NCBI GenBank assembly: GCA_907165135.1
Contig: OU015566.1
Span: 5,580,001-5,644,000 of the forward strand
DNA from: Oikopleura dioica
Taxonomy: Eukaryota > Animalia > Chordata
DNA: 64,000 bases
Direction: 5' to 3'
Below, piece after piece: positions 24,760-37,279 of the stretch (the first letter of the stretch is position 1; every line of letters starts with the position of its first letter). The notes beneath the pieces are model-generated. The model made no database searches. It had not been told where the DNA came from and saw only the letters and a program-made list of their open reading frames with translations. A program made the position numbers and the translations under genes.

Positions 24760-27700
24760 CACCCACATGATGAAAATCTGCTAATCATCGAGCGCACACG
24801 CGCCTGGAGACATGAAGCCGCTGGATATGGCGGCGACGGATGCACAAATCGAGATATCCTGGAAAAGAAAGTTTCCGAAGATAATGATGATGACGCTTTT
24901 CTCGTTTTTCGAAACGGCGAGGAATATTGCTACAAAGAATCTGGCGAGAGCTGCGGTTTTCAAAACGCGACTTATATTGTCACAGACATTGAAAACACCC
25001 AAGCGCCGAGCAATAACTACTGCTACGGGTACCAGCGAAAAGTCATGGCGAAACCAGATCAGCCATTCAAGGTATAAAAAGATCCCTGAAATCCTGGAAG
25101 AGAACATTTTTAGGTGCGCTGGAGTTCATGCTGCTGGGTTTATATGACGACCGACATGGGCAGCGTCGTCTGGGGGGATGAAATCAAGCTCGTCGGCAGC
25201 GTCTACGATTTGAGTAACAACAGCCCCGTCGTGAAGGTCCCTCCCTTGTGGAGAATCTTACACGGCTGCGAGTCGCAAGATCTCGAATTGGCCCCCTTCG
25301 ATGCCGACGGCGACACGATAAGGTGAGTTTCCGCGGCTTTCGAGGGTGAAAATCGCAATGAAATTTTATTTCAGATGCCGGTGGGCAGACAGCTTACTCG
25401 ACGAAGTTTCTATTCCATCCTCCCACGACGACTTTCGCTTTGGTTCGTTGATACTTGACTCTGAAACGTGTGTGCTTTCGTTTGACGCAGCTTTGAGTGC
25501 GGTTGATGGAGTCAAGGAAGAGTTTTAAGTCGAGTCAAGGATGCCTTTGAATATTCAGACAGGATCTATTGAACGAATCCTTAGGGCAAAATAGAACTTT
25601 CTAAAAGCCTGTCGCGATCATGGTGGAAGACTTTGACGAAAATGGAAATATCAAGAGCTCCGTTCCAGTGCACTTCCTCGCTATCGTCTGGACGCCGGAA
25701 GAAGAGTATGTCGGCATTGCGGAAGAAGTCACGATGCGACGAGCTGGCAGCAATAAGAATCGAGTGAGCTAAATATTACGCAATATTTGATTAAAGAAAG
25801 AAGTACTTTTAGACATTCTATTTTGACTTAAACACTCGCTTACATAATACCCATGTGTTCTCATACTTTATAGAAGCACAGTCGATATTCTCAAGAGCAA
25901 ACCAAAACTTAAGATTCTCTTGTTCATTCTTTAAAAGACCTTTACATTCCCGGATCTCTTTGGCGCTGAAGCTCATGACGAGCACAATCATGATCCCTCA
26001 TTCTTGCCTCCTTTATCCGTCCATCCACAACCTTCAAGCAGCCAAAACAGCATGGAAAGAGTTCTTGGAGCTTACGCCCCCGTTCTTGCTCCAGACTACT
26101 GTCTGACTGTTCCTGAGCTGTCTTACAGAAGACTGAATGAAGTACCAGAAAGATGGTACACCGACTCGTACCGAGAACTCATCGTCGATGATACGATTCA
26201 AGGATCGAAATGGATTGCGATGAGAGCAACGACGGACAACGGCTACATCGTCCGATACATAACCGTAAAACCAGTCGGGATGAAATGCACCTCGATCAAT
26301 GCCAAGGGCAATGCTGCTTGCTACTGGGACCCAGAAGACCACCAAGTGGGGCCACATGTTTTCTGCTTCCAGGTAAATATTAAGGGCGGCACCTTTATAT
26401 TGCATTTTCATGCAAGCTGTTTGAATTTCATGGGCAGATGGGGGGACTGATAAAGATCAACAAAAAGGGCCATATGTTTTAGCAGCTGTGAGCTTAGTAT
26501 AAATGTTGCACAGGAGCTAATTTTTTATCCAAATTTGTGAAATGAAACATGTTCATCGAGAGGCTTTAAGATTGCTTTGATGCGTTTTTATAGCATTTAC
26601 TTTTTTTATAAGATGAATCTTCTGTTTTATCAGATTCCTCCACAAAATAGAATGGTTAAATAAAATTCAAATAAACCAAAAAAAAATCACCGATCGTAAA
26701 ATTTCCTCTTTTTTTGTTTTAGGCAGAAGACTCGATGGGAATGATGAGCGAGCGAAAGTGTATTTACTTGATCCCAAAGCACAGACCGCAAGTGATTGAT
26801 ACAGAAACAATGGTTGAGCATTTCATGCCCGGAACAGCGGAAATTTTGAAGAATTACGGCTGCGCTCAAGTTGGTAAGTTTTCCATTTCTTTTTTCAGTA
26901 GTCCGTGTCGTGAAATTTATCTGAAAAGGAAGCTCTAGCATATCAATGAATTTCATTCACGAAAACTTACTGTCTAATTTCAAATTAACAAATTGATGCA
27001 CAAAATTTTCGCATGTCTTCGCACTTTCTCTAAATGGATGATTGTGTCCTTCATGATTTCTCATTATACGTTTGAGTGTTGATTTCATACACTTTTTGCA
27101 GTTGAAGACATGCTTCCTCGTAGGTATAAAAAGCAATTTTTTTAACTGTCCCTGATAATGAATCATCGACAAATCATAAACCGTCAAGACTTTTCCCAGC
27201 GCTAGAAACGGTAGAAAGAAAAATAACAAGTTCATTCTCCTTGTTCGAATTCCAGATTCAGGTCTTTTTATAAAGGTCTAGTGCTGATTACATTAAACTT
27301 TCATCCTATCGCGGTTTACCCGATGCCGTTAACTATTAACAAGTTCAGCGTTCTTTGACGGTGTTTTATGTCGCTCCAAATTGTTTGTCAAAACACATTT
27401 TCGTGGATATCCAGGACAAGAAACTTTCTTCCTGTTCCAAAATAAATCTTGTTTTCAGACGAATTTGATCATCGAACAACTGCCGCTGGAATTCCTCTGG
27501 ATTCTGTCGACCAGGCACTTCATGAGTGGAGATTATGTGTTAAATGTGCTATTAGGACCGGAGTTTATTATTTGCCAATTATTCTAAGGCGGACGAGTCA
27601 GGAATCGACAAAAAATTTCGACAAATTTTGCGTGGAAATTTTCAACCAATAAGAAGCCTGGATTGGGCGCACCGGCGAATCAGCAGCAGGGTAGCCGCCC

Positions 27701-28264
27701 ACGTAAAATTTGCTGATTCGCCGGTGTGCCGAATCCAGCCTGCTGATTGGTTGAAAATTTTCATGCAAAATTTGTCGAATTTTTTTGTAGAATCCTTACG
27801 CCACCCCCTTTTTTGCGGAGGAGATATTTTCAACTCTGGAAAGAACAATCGGAGGAATACGAAGCTTTTACAACTATCACGAAGTACAGAACTTTTGCGG
27901 TAAGCTCGATAAAACAAAGTTAATCGATCAATATTAAGTACTGAGGGTCGGCCCTTTAGAAATGTGGTTAAGGGTCCATCAAAGACTGATAATTTTTAAT
28001 TTTAATTTAGAGGACGCGGAGGGAACTTTAAAACGAGCAGTTTGTGAGTGCGATAAATCCCTAGCGATCAAAATTACAAAGCTAGAACTGATGAACGAAT
28101 TGACTGACTATGATCATTCACAGTGTTTGCCATTTGGACACCATGAAACAACAGGACAGGTGGTTTATTTATGAAGTGTTGGATTTAACCAATTTCAGTG
28201 TTGTTTGGACGATTCGGGCCTGTTTTACTGGAAACCAAAGTGGCAAACTTGCTCTGCTTACTAG
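24760..28264 (+). CDS. Large, probably extracellular protein: beta-rich DADGDTIRCRWA-type domain plus a C-terminal PLA2-like domain; 5' end not defined
   Basis: Exons encode NNSPVV...PFDADGDTIRCRWA, VAIMVEDF...SSVPVHFLAIVW, YWDPEDHQVGPHVFCFQ, then KNYGC, GIPLDSVDQALHEWRLCVKCA, RAVCECDKSLA, CCLDDSG...AY*. Confidence 0.75.
27588..27808. mobile_element. Palindromic MITE of the GGGGTGG-TIR family, intronic
   Basis: Internal foldback; shares cgacaaattttgcgtggaaattttc.accaat with 31090-31247. Confidence 0.75.
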
Positions 28265-28352
28265 TTTCTATCAAAAAAGATTCTGTAAATAAAAGCCGAC
28301 GGAATTTATGCTTCATACTTTCAAAAGAGGATGAAATTTCAACTCTTCAAGA

Positions 28353-28454
28353 ATGACCGTTATTCCATGGATTTACTTCGATCGCGCTCTTGCTAGACTA
28401 GGGCTTTCCCTCAAAGACGCCATTCTTTTCCTTGGCGGGATTTTAACCGCACTC
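28353..28454 (+). CDS. Possible first exon of a small membrane protein
   Basis: MTVIPWIYFDRALARLGLSLKDAILFLGGILTAL followed by GT. Confidence 0.3.
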
Positions 28455-28941
28455 GTAAAAAAAATGAATGTTTCCACTCTGACAGATTGATTCCGTCTAG
28501 ACTGCTTTCTTTCCGGAAGGATTAAAAACTCCTTTTCGCGAACTGGCTCAAATATCATAAAAATCATTTTCAACTCTGCCGACTAGTCAAAACTGCGTCA
28601 GATCTCAATATTTTTTCTTTCTTGTTTTTATTCAAATATAAATAATAAATAAAAGTTTATGGGCCATAAATTATGGCGAATTATAAGCGCAGAAACACAG
28701 AAATAATACTCTTTTTAACAGAAACTATATATTAAATATTTATAAAGCGGCATTATTTTTAGAATTGATGTTATGCGATTTTTGAAGTGATGCGTCGAGG
28801 AGTCCCTCCGCATTCTTGGGCAGTTTGGTGTTCTTTCTAATTGTTTTTTCTTTTTTGTTAGTTGTGAAGAGCCTAATACGCGCTGGAGGACGCCATCGTC
28901 TTGCCTGCGGGAAATTCGAATATCGTCGTTTTAGCGTTTTT

Positions 28942-30005
28942 TTATTCATATTCTGTGGTGAATATCGACGAAGCAACGAGTTCGAGTTTATTTTCCTTTG
29001 CCCACGTTTTCGGATCAAAGCCACATCTGTAAAAAGAAACGATAAATTGCTTGTTAAGCAAGTGAGTAGCTTTACCTTTCGCCTTCCGTGGTAAGCTCTC
29101 CGTAAGGGTATCGCTGCGCGAAGAGAAGAAATTGATAACGATGCTTGCCAGAGCCCTTGGCTGGTGTTGGAGGATTGTATTCTGAAATTTAAAAATATAA
29201 TTAACTGTTGAATTATAATCAAATGATGACTGTAGGCCCCATCCGTCCCTTGTAGGGGCTCATCCGTCGTAGAGAGGGGTTGTCATTCTAGTGGTTAGAG
29301 TTAGGGACTGAGAATTCTTAACGGGGGTCCGGGGGTGTTGGGTGTAGCCCCTGGGTTAAGTTTAGAGGTAGCTCGAATGATAACCCCTACTACCTCATCC
29401 CGGATGAGTCATCGGTCAAGTCTAACTCTAACTCTCACCCTCGCCAAGATGGCCCCTCCCCCAGGAACCCCTATTCCCTCAATGGTAGCTCCAATCCTTA
29501 TTTTACCTTTGAGAACTCTCCCTTCAGTGTTTTGCCAATTGACTCCATTACGTAAATGCCTTCCTTCAACTTCGGAAACAGCCCAATGCAGCCAGTAACG
29601 GCATCGCGCAGCATTTGGTGAAGGAGCATCAGCATCAACCATCATGACGACATACTTTCCATCCTGAATCAGAAAGTGTGGAAAGCGTTACATAAAGAAA
29701 TTTTTCCAATAAATCATGAAAAACTTTTTTCCATTTCTACTCACCAAGGCTGCCTCGTCGTAGCGCACAGTCGGCTCGTACTTGTTTTTCTGAAAGTAGC
29801 TATAAGCCGCTTCGACGAATTCTGCGCCATCTGTGCGCGGCGACGTGCATGACACCACGTACATGGGCATCCTATCATTACGCCAAAGCGTATAATACGC
29901 GTAAAACGAGAGATCTCCCCTCTTCGTGCACTGCGAATTCATGGGCCACGCGATTTGTACTGGCGCTCCGTTGTCGAGTCTTTCTTGCTCCAACGGTGAA
30001 ATTTC
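28942..30005 (-). CDS. PEBP: Phosphatidylethanolamine-binding protein (PEBP family); 5' exon(s) upstream not resolved
   Basis: YVVMMVDADAPSP..RYWLHWAV, EYNPPTPAKGSGKHRYQFLLFAQ, RCGFDPKTWAKENKLELVASSIF match the PEBP DPDxP, WLHW and GxHRY motifs. Confidence 0.85.
29225..29413. mobile_element. Intronic MITE of the TTAGGG-core family
   Basis: ggggttgtcattc / gaatgataacccc inverted arms; core shared with 6689-6925. Confidence 0.65.
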
Positions 30006-31089
30006 CTAAAAACACAAAAATCTTAACATCGAATTCTCCTTTCAATCGGAATTTAGATAACCCTAAATTAGGGTCAGTGTTGATTTAATGAAAATCGAAA
30101 CTCTTAATTCTTGTGGGTTCGCGAAAATGGCCACAAAAATGTGACAATTTCGACCAAAATTTTGGTCAAATTTCCGATTAATCAAATAGCCGCTGTTGGC
30201 CGGTAGAAACTCAGTTTTCAGAAAACTTTATCGTTAAAATTGGGCAATTTTTCGTTGAAAATGATGAAATTTTCAGCTTTAAAATTTTTCATTACAAAAA
30301 TCATGGAATTTGAAAACTCCAACTGTTATTTTCTTTTTAGAAAAAAACCATTTTTATTGAGGAATTACCTTTTTAACTTCTTCTTGTTTATTACTATTAT
30401 CATTCTCTTCATTTTCTTTATGATGATGATGTTTCGCCTTTTATCGACAATTCCATTATAATATTTCTTTATTTTCTCCATTTTTCGATGGCTCGTCATC
30501 AGCCTAACCGTCAAAACGACACAAAAAGTATTAAAATTTTGAACATTGAACAATTCTTTCGAATCCACAGTTGGGACACCATTTTGCTTTTTTCTTTTGT
30601 TGCTCTGTTTTTATTTTTCGTGGGTTTCGTCTCTATGGGTTTTGATCAAAGATTTATGTCTTATTTTGACGAGCTGGAAGAGCCTAAAACTTTTAATGAC
30701 AAAAGTAACTCGTATTTCACAAATGCGCTGGCCCCAGGGCGCTGGGAATTTTCGGCGGCGGTGGTGCAGGCTGCCCCCGCGGATTCAAGTGCCACCTAAG
30801 CATACTTTTGCGCGCTACTCATTTCTCGCCTCAGTCGTATTTTTATCCTTCGTAGGAAGAAGATACTGACGCATCGTCTTATTTTATTGCCTTCTGATTA
30901 TGATTACAAAAGACGGAAAAAATTATGATGATAAATGTGGACAGAATAATCACACGGCTTGAAGATTGATTAAGGGGCTCGAGTGGGTTATTTGTTTGAG
31001 AAAATTTTATTTGGGAATAAGCGGATAGACACAAAGTGGGAACTTATTTTGTAGTCGAAATCAACAAGGAGTACGAAATCCGATGTATA

Positions 31090-31247
31090 GGGGGTGGCGT
31101 CTGGAACCGACAAAAATTTCCGACAAATTTTGCGTGGAAATTTTCGACCAATCAGAATCCTGCATTCGGCAAACCGGCCAATCAGCGGCCGATTAGCCGC
31201 CCACGCAAAATTTGTCGAAATTTTTTGTCGGTTCCTGACGTCACCCC
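31090..31247. mobile_element. MITE of the GGGGTGG-TIR family
   Basis: TIR GGGGTG(G/A)CGTC(T/A)GGAACCGACAAAAA at both ends. Confidence 0.8.
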
Positions 31248-32564
31248 GTTTAGGATTTGGGATTTTGAGTCAAAATTTTTGTCTACTTCACCTTTAACCC
31301 TTAACAACATTTCTGCCAAATAGTTTGCTAGCTCGGAATAGTCGCTGGGGAATCGTCTGGAGTTAAGAATATCTTAAGCTTGCAAACTATTTTGACCCCC
31401 TTATCATTACTAATTCCAAGCGATAAGGGATTTTCCCTTGCTAGACAGTTATTAATCCTAATTAGGATTAGCATTTGCTACTCGAAGAAACGATCTGAAT
31501 CCTCCTAAATAAAGTCCGTAAATAGAAAAAACTTCGCCCAGGCGCTGAGTAAGAGCGCTCGTTTCGGGTCCTCTGGAAGTCCTTGAGTCCCGGCCGCATT
31601 CCACTCCCCCACCTGGCCGGGGAATAATACTACCCGCCAACGGGACACAGTATTGGGTTGCGCAGTAATTACGCGCACGGCGCCACGCATAATCATGTTT
31701 CCTACGGCCGCTTATTCAACCACGGGAACTGAGGCGAACAGGAACGATATTCCAAGTTCTTTTTCAGACAGAATGAAGCAAAGAAATTTCATCAAAGAAA
31801 TAAGTGTCCCAAGCCTGATCATATTTTTTCATAAATTTCTTCGAGATCATTTTTTTATTTCTTCAAGGTTTTCTTTTTTGTAACTTCAAACTTCTCTCAA
31901 TTTTTTCTCTTTTTATCTTTCAGGAACCGCCCGTTCTCGGACAAATTGACCGTGACTAACCGCAAGAACCCACAATTTGAATATGACAAGTTTGAATTTT
32001 CCCTAGCTTTTCAAAAAAAGCGAAAAATCTTTTTCTATCAATTCTTGCTTTGAAGCGTTTTTATAATAAGGAAAGCGTCCGAAACGAAGAATAAATAATC
32101 CTAATGAGAAATTGTTTTTTAAATCGTCGATAAATCAGAGTAAAATTTATGGAGGAGGTGGCACGAAACGACAGAAAATGCGGCAATTTTAGCCAAAATT
32201 TTGGTCAAAATTTAAGACCAATAAGGTGTCAGCATTCGGCCGTTAGCTCAATCAGGCTCCATCGAAAATTTTTTCGATAAAAGACTATCGTCTTAGTCTA
32301 GTCTATCGTCGATAGACTATCGATTAGAACAAGAAGTCTTCGTTCGATATTTCTAGTGCAAAACTCTTCAGCGCCAAAGTTCACCAGATCCGTCTTCCTC
32401 CTTCAGAAGGAGACTCTTCTATCAACGACTTTCCATTCTGAGCCAACGCTCCAACTATTTTCCTTGTTCCTCCATCTGGATTTCGTATATAAAACGCGAA
32501 AACAACGATCATTGTTCCACACAGAGAATAACCAGCGAAAATTTAAATTCCAGAGAAAAGAGCT

Positions 32565-33765
32565 TTATTTGATTAATTTTCCAACAGAATCGACAAAATC
32601 CAAAAACCTCGACTTCTTCGTCTTCAAAAATCCCCTGTTGATCATGGCAGCTGTAATTGCAAGGTCAAACACGCGCCTGAGGCCGCTCTGAAAGCAGTGT
32701 CAAAAATCCACAAATCAGGGAGGAAGCATTTACTTGATTGATGGCAGAGCACTCGACGATATCGTCGAATAATTTTGATTTCTTGACCTTGAGAATGTCT
32801 TTTGATTTGACCATCTTATCGTGTGGCAAAAGGTTGAGTTTTGCACTGATGTCGCCGAAGAGATCTGATTTTGTGCCGACCAGAATTATCGGACAAGTTG
32901 GATTGTTTTTGCGGATTTCTGGATGCCATTTGTACTGTCAGAAGCTCAATACTGAAGGAAGTTTTGAGAAAAAGAGCGGGTTTCGACAACCTGAGTGAAA
33001 AACCTGAGTCAGGGTCTGACTGCTCTTTAATAAAACCCGCGCAGGCTTTTAAAAAATTGATAGTAAAATATTTTTTCGAAAGCGCTATGCGACTTTATTT
33101 AAAAAAAAGCCGCTGCGCGGCTTTCTATAAAGATCAGTCAGACCCTGACTCAGATTTTCCACTCAGCTTGCCGAGCCTAGAAGAGAAAGCAGTCTCAATC
33201 TTCATTGAAAGCTTTTCCTGTGCATTCTGCAACGAATTGAGCGAATCTAGCGCAAAGCAGCAAAGAATACAATCAGCTTGTGGATAAGCAAAGACTCGTA
33301 AACGTTCGTGTTCATCTAAAAAGTCAGGGTCATAAAATCGCAACTCCTCGAATTAGTGATTCGAAATCTGTCACCTTGTCCGGCTGTGTCGGTGATTTCG
33401 AGGGAATAAGATTTGTCCTCGACGTTTATGTTGTAGCAGTATGTGTCGTACATTGTTGGTTGATAATTTGATGACCATCTTTTCTAGGTTTGACATTCTT
33501 CTTCTAATATATTTTACGAAAGGCAAAACGACAGAAAATCGTCATTTTTGACCAAAAATATGGCCAAAAATGAGAATTATCTTCTTCATAAAATCAAAAT
33601 TTATTGATCAAACCTATCCCTATCCGCAGCATAACTCAACAAAAGCGAGGTTTTTCCAATAAATCCATCCCCGACCAAAACTATTCTCAATTTTCTCTGT
33701 CTTCTCGTCGACGCATCCTTCTTCTTCGTACTATCAGTAAAAGTCACTTGTTTTCTCTTGTCCAT
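32565..33765 (-). CDS. Atypical Rho-family small GTPase
   Basis: GDGFIGKT P-loop, YQPTMYDTY switch I, DTAGQ, LRVFAYPQAD, ILVGTKSDL, ECSA; ends TKKSRFLDFVDSVGKLIK* with no CAAX. Confidence 0.85.
32991..33166. mobile_element. Small foldback MITE in a Rho-gene intron
   Basis: ctgagtg...ctgagtcagggtctgactg arms inverted at both ends. Confidence 0.75.
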
Positions 33766-34171
33766 TCTCCTTGATTTCGCCGTCGAGAAGTGCCATATAA
33801 AATAATGACCGCGGAAATGATTCTCTTTGTTTCAAATCCGCGAAAGTTTGAAGAGCTGCGCCCGGCCCAGCTCGCACGTCTTCAGCGCATAAAAGACCAA
33901 CACTTGGCGCTTAGAGATAAGCAGCCGATCATCGTTTTTTGCTAGTGTCTTTGCGATTGGTATCAACGAAGAGAATAAAAATTGAGATTGGAAAATGATT
34001 AACTAATGAGACATTAGAGTTAAAATAAGTACTTACTAATTATAAGTAATAAGTTACAAGAGGGATTTCTTGGCGAAATCGTTTTGCGATGAAAATCCTT
34101 GTTTTTTTACTACCGATTCGGTAGTACCGACTAAACAATAAATAACATAATATTTCATTAAGGCTCATTCA

Positions 34172-34567
34172 CAGTTTTTATGGAATTACATCAAATTTGT
34201 GGACATTTATCAGATTTAAAAGGGTTAATTTGGGACATATTCAAAAAAGAGGGTATCGAATTCGTGGACATTTTTCGTCAATGGATATCTTTGACTCCTA
34301 AATTAATGGTCAAACTCTAGTTATTGAAGCTAATTTTATCTGCAAACAATTGTTTTTCGTCAAAAATCTCAATTTTTGTTAAGAGATACGTCATTAGCTT
34401 TCTTGTATTTTTTTTTTCTTATTATTATTATTTGGAAAAATCATCGATTTTACCTTCTCGGAAAAAATTTAAAATTGGGACATTTTTTTCGAAGCTCTGT
34501 ATCAAATTCGTGGACATTTTTCAAAATCTAGGGGACAAAAAATGTCCACGAATTCCATAAATAACTG
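34172..34567. mobile_element. Tc1/mariner-type MITE
   Basis: TIR CAGTT(A/T)TTTATGGAATT...GTGGACATTT; TA on the right flank, CA on the left. Confidence 0.7.
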
Positions 34568-34808
34568 TATATAGGAGTTTATGACAAATGAGAAAATGAT
34601 TGCAAATTAATAACAAAAAAAAACTGTATTAAATAATATATAGCTTCAGAAATTTGCTGAAAAATCATGAATTAAATTCCGTTAAACTCGTAAGTAAGTC
34701 AAACATTTGGTTGGAATCTCCTTCGCAGACTTCAAACGCGAGATTGACATCGTGTTCGTCGAATCCCATCTAGATTTGGAGAATCTTATGTACGAAAGAA
34801 TAGTTAAG

Positions 34809-35354
34809 TCATACCTCTATAAAATGTGCGATGCATCGTTCTTGTTTGTCTTGCATCAATCCTTTCACATTCTTATCTTCACGTTTGTCATTATCTTCCT
34901 GAGGAATGAGCTGAGAGACCCCTCTTGAAGAGAGATCAAGACGTCTATGGTCCGATGGCGCCGTCGATTTTGATGATTCTGTAGGATTCAGACAATCTCT
35001 AGCAAAAATTCTTAATTGATGCAAATTCAGACCATCTAGATGCTCGGTAAGTCTCGCGATCGCACATTCGTATTCTAACATTTCGGTGTGAGTTCTGACA
35101 TTTTGTCCAAACGTGTTCATTGCATCTGATATGATTCTGTTTTTCAAATCTTCTGTTTCTTTTTCAATTTTTTCTTTTTGAAGTTCCAATTTATAATTGA
35201 TTTTATCAAGACTTATTGCAAGTTTCGCAAACGATGATTCTAGTTTTGCGATTTTGGCTGGATTACAGTCATTTTCTTTGGGTAAGGACAACAGATCTGA
35301 TCCAACCATATTAATTAAATCATGAGATTGATTTTGATTTTTGCGAGGCGACAC
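34809..35354 (-). CDS. Unknown coiled-coil protein; may have further exons
   Basis: 181-codon ORF with heptad-like LELQKEKIEKETEDLKNRI. Confidence 0.5.
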   Translation of the reverse strand: MSPRKNQNQSHDLINMVGSDLLSLPKENDCNPAKIAKLESSFAKLAISLDKINYKLELQKEKIEKETEDLKNRIISDAMNTFGQNVRTHTEMLEYECAIARLTEHLDGLNLHQLRIFARDCLNPTESSKSTAPSDHRRLDLSSRGVSQLIPQEDNDKREDKNVKGLMQDKQERCIAHFIEV

Positions 35355-35576
35355 AAATTTGAAGAGCTCCTTTAGCGCTTAATGAAAAAAGTTGAAACTT
35401 ATGTAGCGTCATGAATAATTACTTTTTGTGACCTGCGGTATCTTATCTTTCTTCTGTTTGTCGTTTGACAAATGATTATCTACGAAGAAGGTTCAAAGAT
35501 AGAATAAATACAGTCGACTCTGGCAATTACGAGTAGCATATTTACGAGTATTTTAATTATTTTTTAAGCACGATTG

Positions 35577-36586
35577 TTAAATAATTGAACCAACTATCAT
35601 CATATGAAACAAATTTCGTGTTGCGTCTTCGTAGTTGTTCATTGAACTGGGCTTAGAATTCTCCGAATCAATTAGTTCGAGTGAGTAAGCCTTCGGTAAA
35701 AGATACCATTTTTCTTTCTCCATACAACCGAACTTTTCATTCACCATTTCCAATACACTGTCTTCATAGAAAAGAATTGCCTGTCCATTTTTGATGTTAT
35801 GATAATCATATTCGGCAGCTGATATATAATACGGATTCGTCAGCGGTATTCGAAGTATTGGTGGAGACTTATCCGAAAACTGGGTGTTTTGAATAACAAA
35901 CTCATCATTTTCGATTCGGTCGATTGTCATCTGGTGGAAATCCGGACCCTCGCTGTTCTTGCAAATAAATGCGCCTGTGACGGTTAGAGGTCTTATGAAT
36001 TTAAATTTTGGATGGAGAAAGCCTAAATTGAAAAATCAATTTTCAAACATCGATATTTCAAATTTTTACAAGAATATACATTTCTATACTCACATTTCGA
36101 ATAGATGCAAACTGAAGGAGGCATTGGATCAGGAAGAATATTTTCCAATCTACTGTTACACCCAAGCTCACGAATAATGTCCCAACCACTAGGCATAAGA
36201 TATGTTTTCATGCAGATTCGTTTTAAAAGAAGTTCAATATCAACTGTTTGATGTTCTATCTCTTCATTGCGATGATTGATGTTGAGTCCAGCTGTGCTTC
36301 TTGGATAGACGATCATAGTCAAAGTAAGGAGAATATTTTCAAACGAAACATCAACCTGATGCGACTCGGGTAAGTCATTTTTGATTGCGTGCATAAGAAG
36401 GACTGTTAATGAGACTGGTCCGCAAAGCTGAGATTCTTTCTGATTGAAAATTTCATTCGGCAAATTTTCCATATCAACTGCGACAAATTTCGTTATCTTC
36501 TTTTTCATTGTTGATGTTGTACAAGATTTTGTAATATTAACTTCTAGGGCGAAGTAATGTGAGTCATAATCATCTTCATCAAACAT
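35577..36586 (-). CDS. Papain-fold (clan CA-like) cysteine protease-like domain, two exons (36586-36094, 36022-35577)
   Basis: NQKESQLCG (Q six residues before C) and FHQMTIDRIENDEFVIQNT (H to N = 16 residues), the same spacing as papain Q19/C25 and H159/N175. Confidence 0.6.
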
Positions 36587-37279
36587 AAAAAAATTTTCTT
36601 TGAAAAGGAATTTTCATGACTGTAAAAAAATTTTGACGATTTCTCAAGCTAATGTTAATGATTATTCATAATTATTATTCATAAATTTGTCATTATAGAT
36701 TTCGACTTCAAATAAATCATAAAGTGAAAAGACCTAAGCTGGAAGAGTGACGATTTTTCTATCAAAGTCAGACGACTTGTCATAATCAAGGCCAAGACCG
36801 ATATGATTAAAAACGCCATCGATTGGAGTATTACGGAAAGCTTTATTTGGCCCGAGACATTCCTTTAAATATGGTTTAAATATTTTATGTATTCATTTAA
36901 TTCTTTTTTAATATTTCAATATAATATTTTTCCATAATATTTATGATATTTGTTATATATATAATATACATATAAAGTATATATATAAGGTCTCCACGCA
37001 AAAAAAATACTCAAACCGGGAGCAGTCTTTTGAATTTCAAAGTTTAAAAGCTCTTTTTGTAGCATTTGAGATGAGGAATCAGAATCTTCAATAAAAATGG
37101 TAGGTGCAAAAAGAAATTCTAGAGAAAATTTTGATTCTAGATATTTCCGGTCTGATTTCAATCGCGATTATCTCTTAAATTTCTTTTTGCATCTACGATT
37201 TTTATTGGAGATTTAAAATCAGCAGCTCAAGATCTACGCATATACACATATATATATGTGCGTATAAAGTTCAGTAGTT

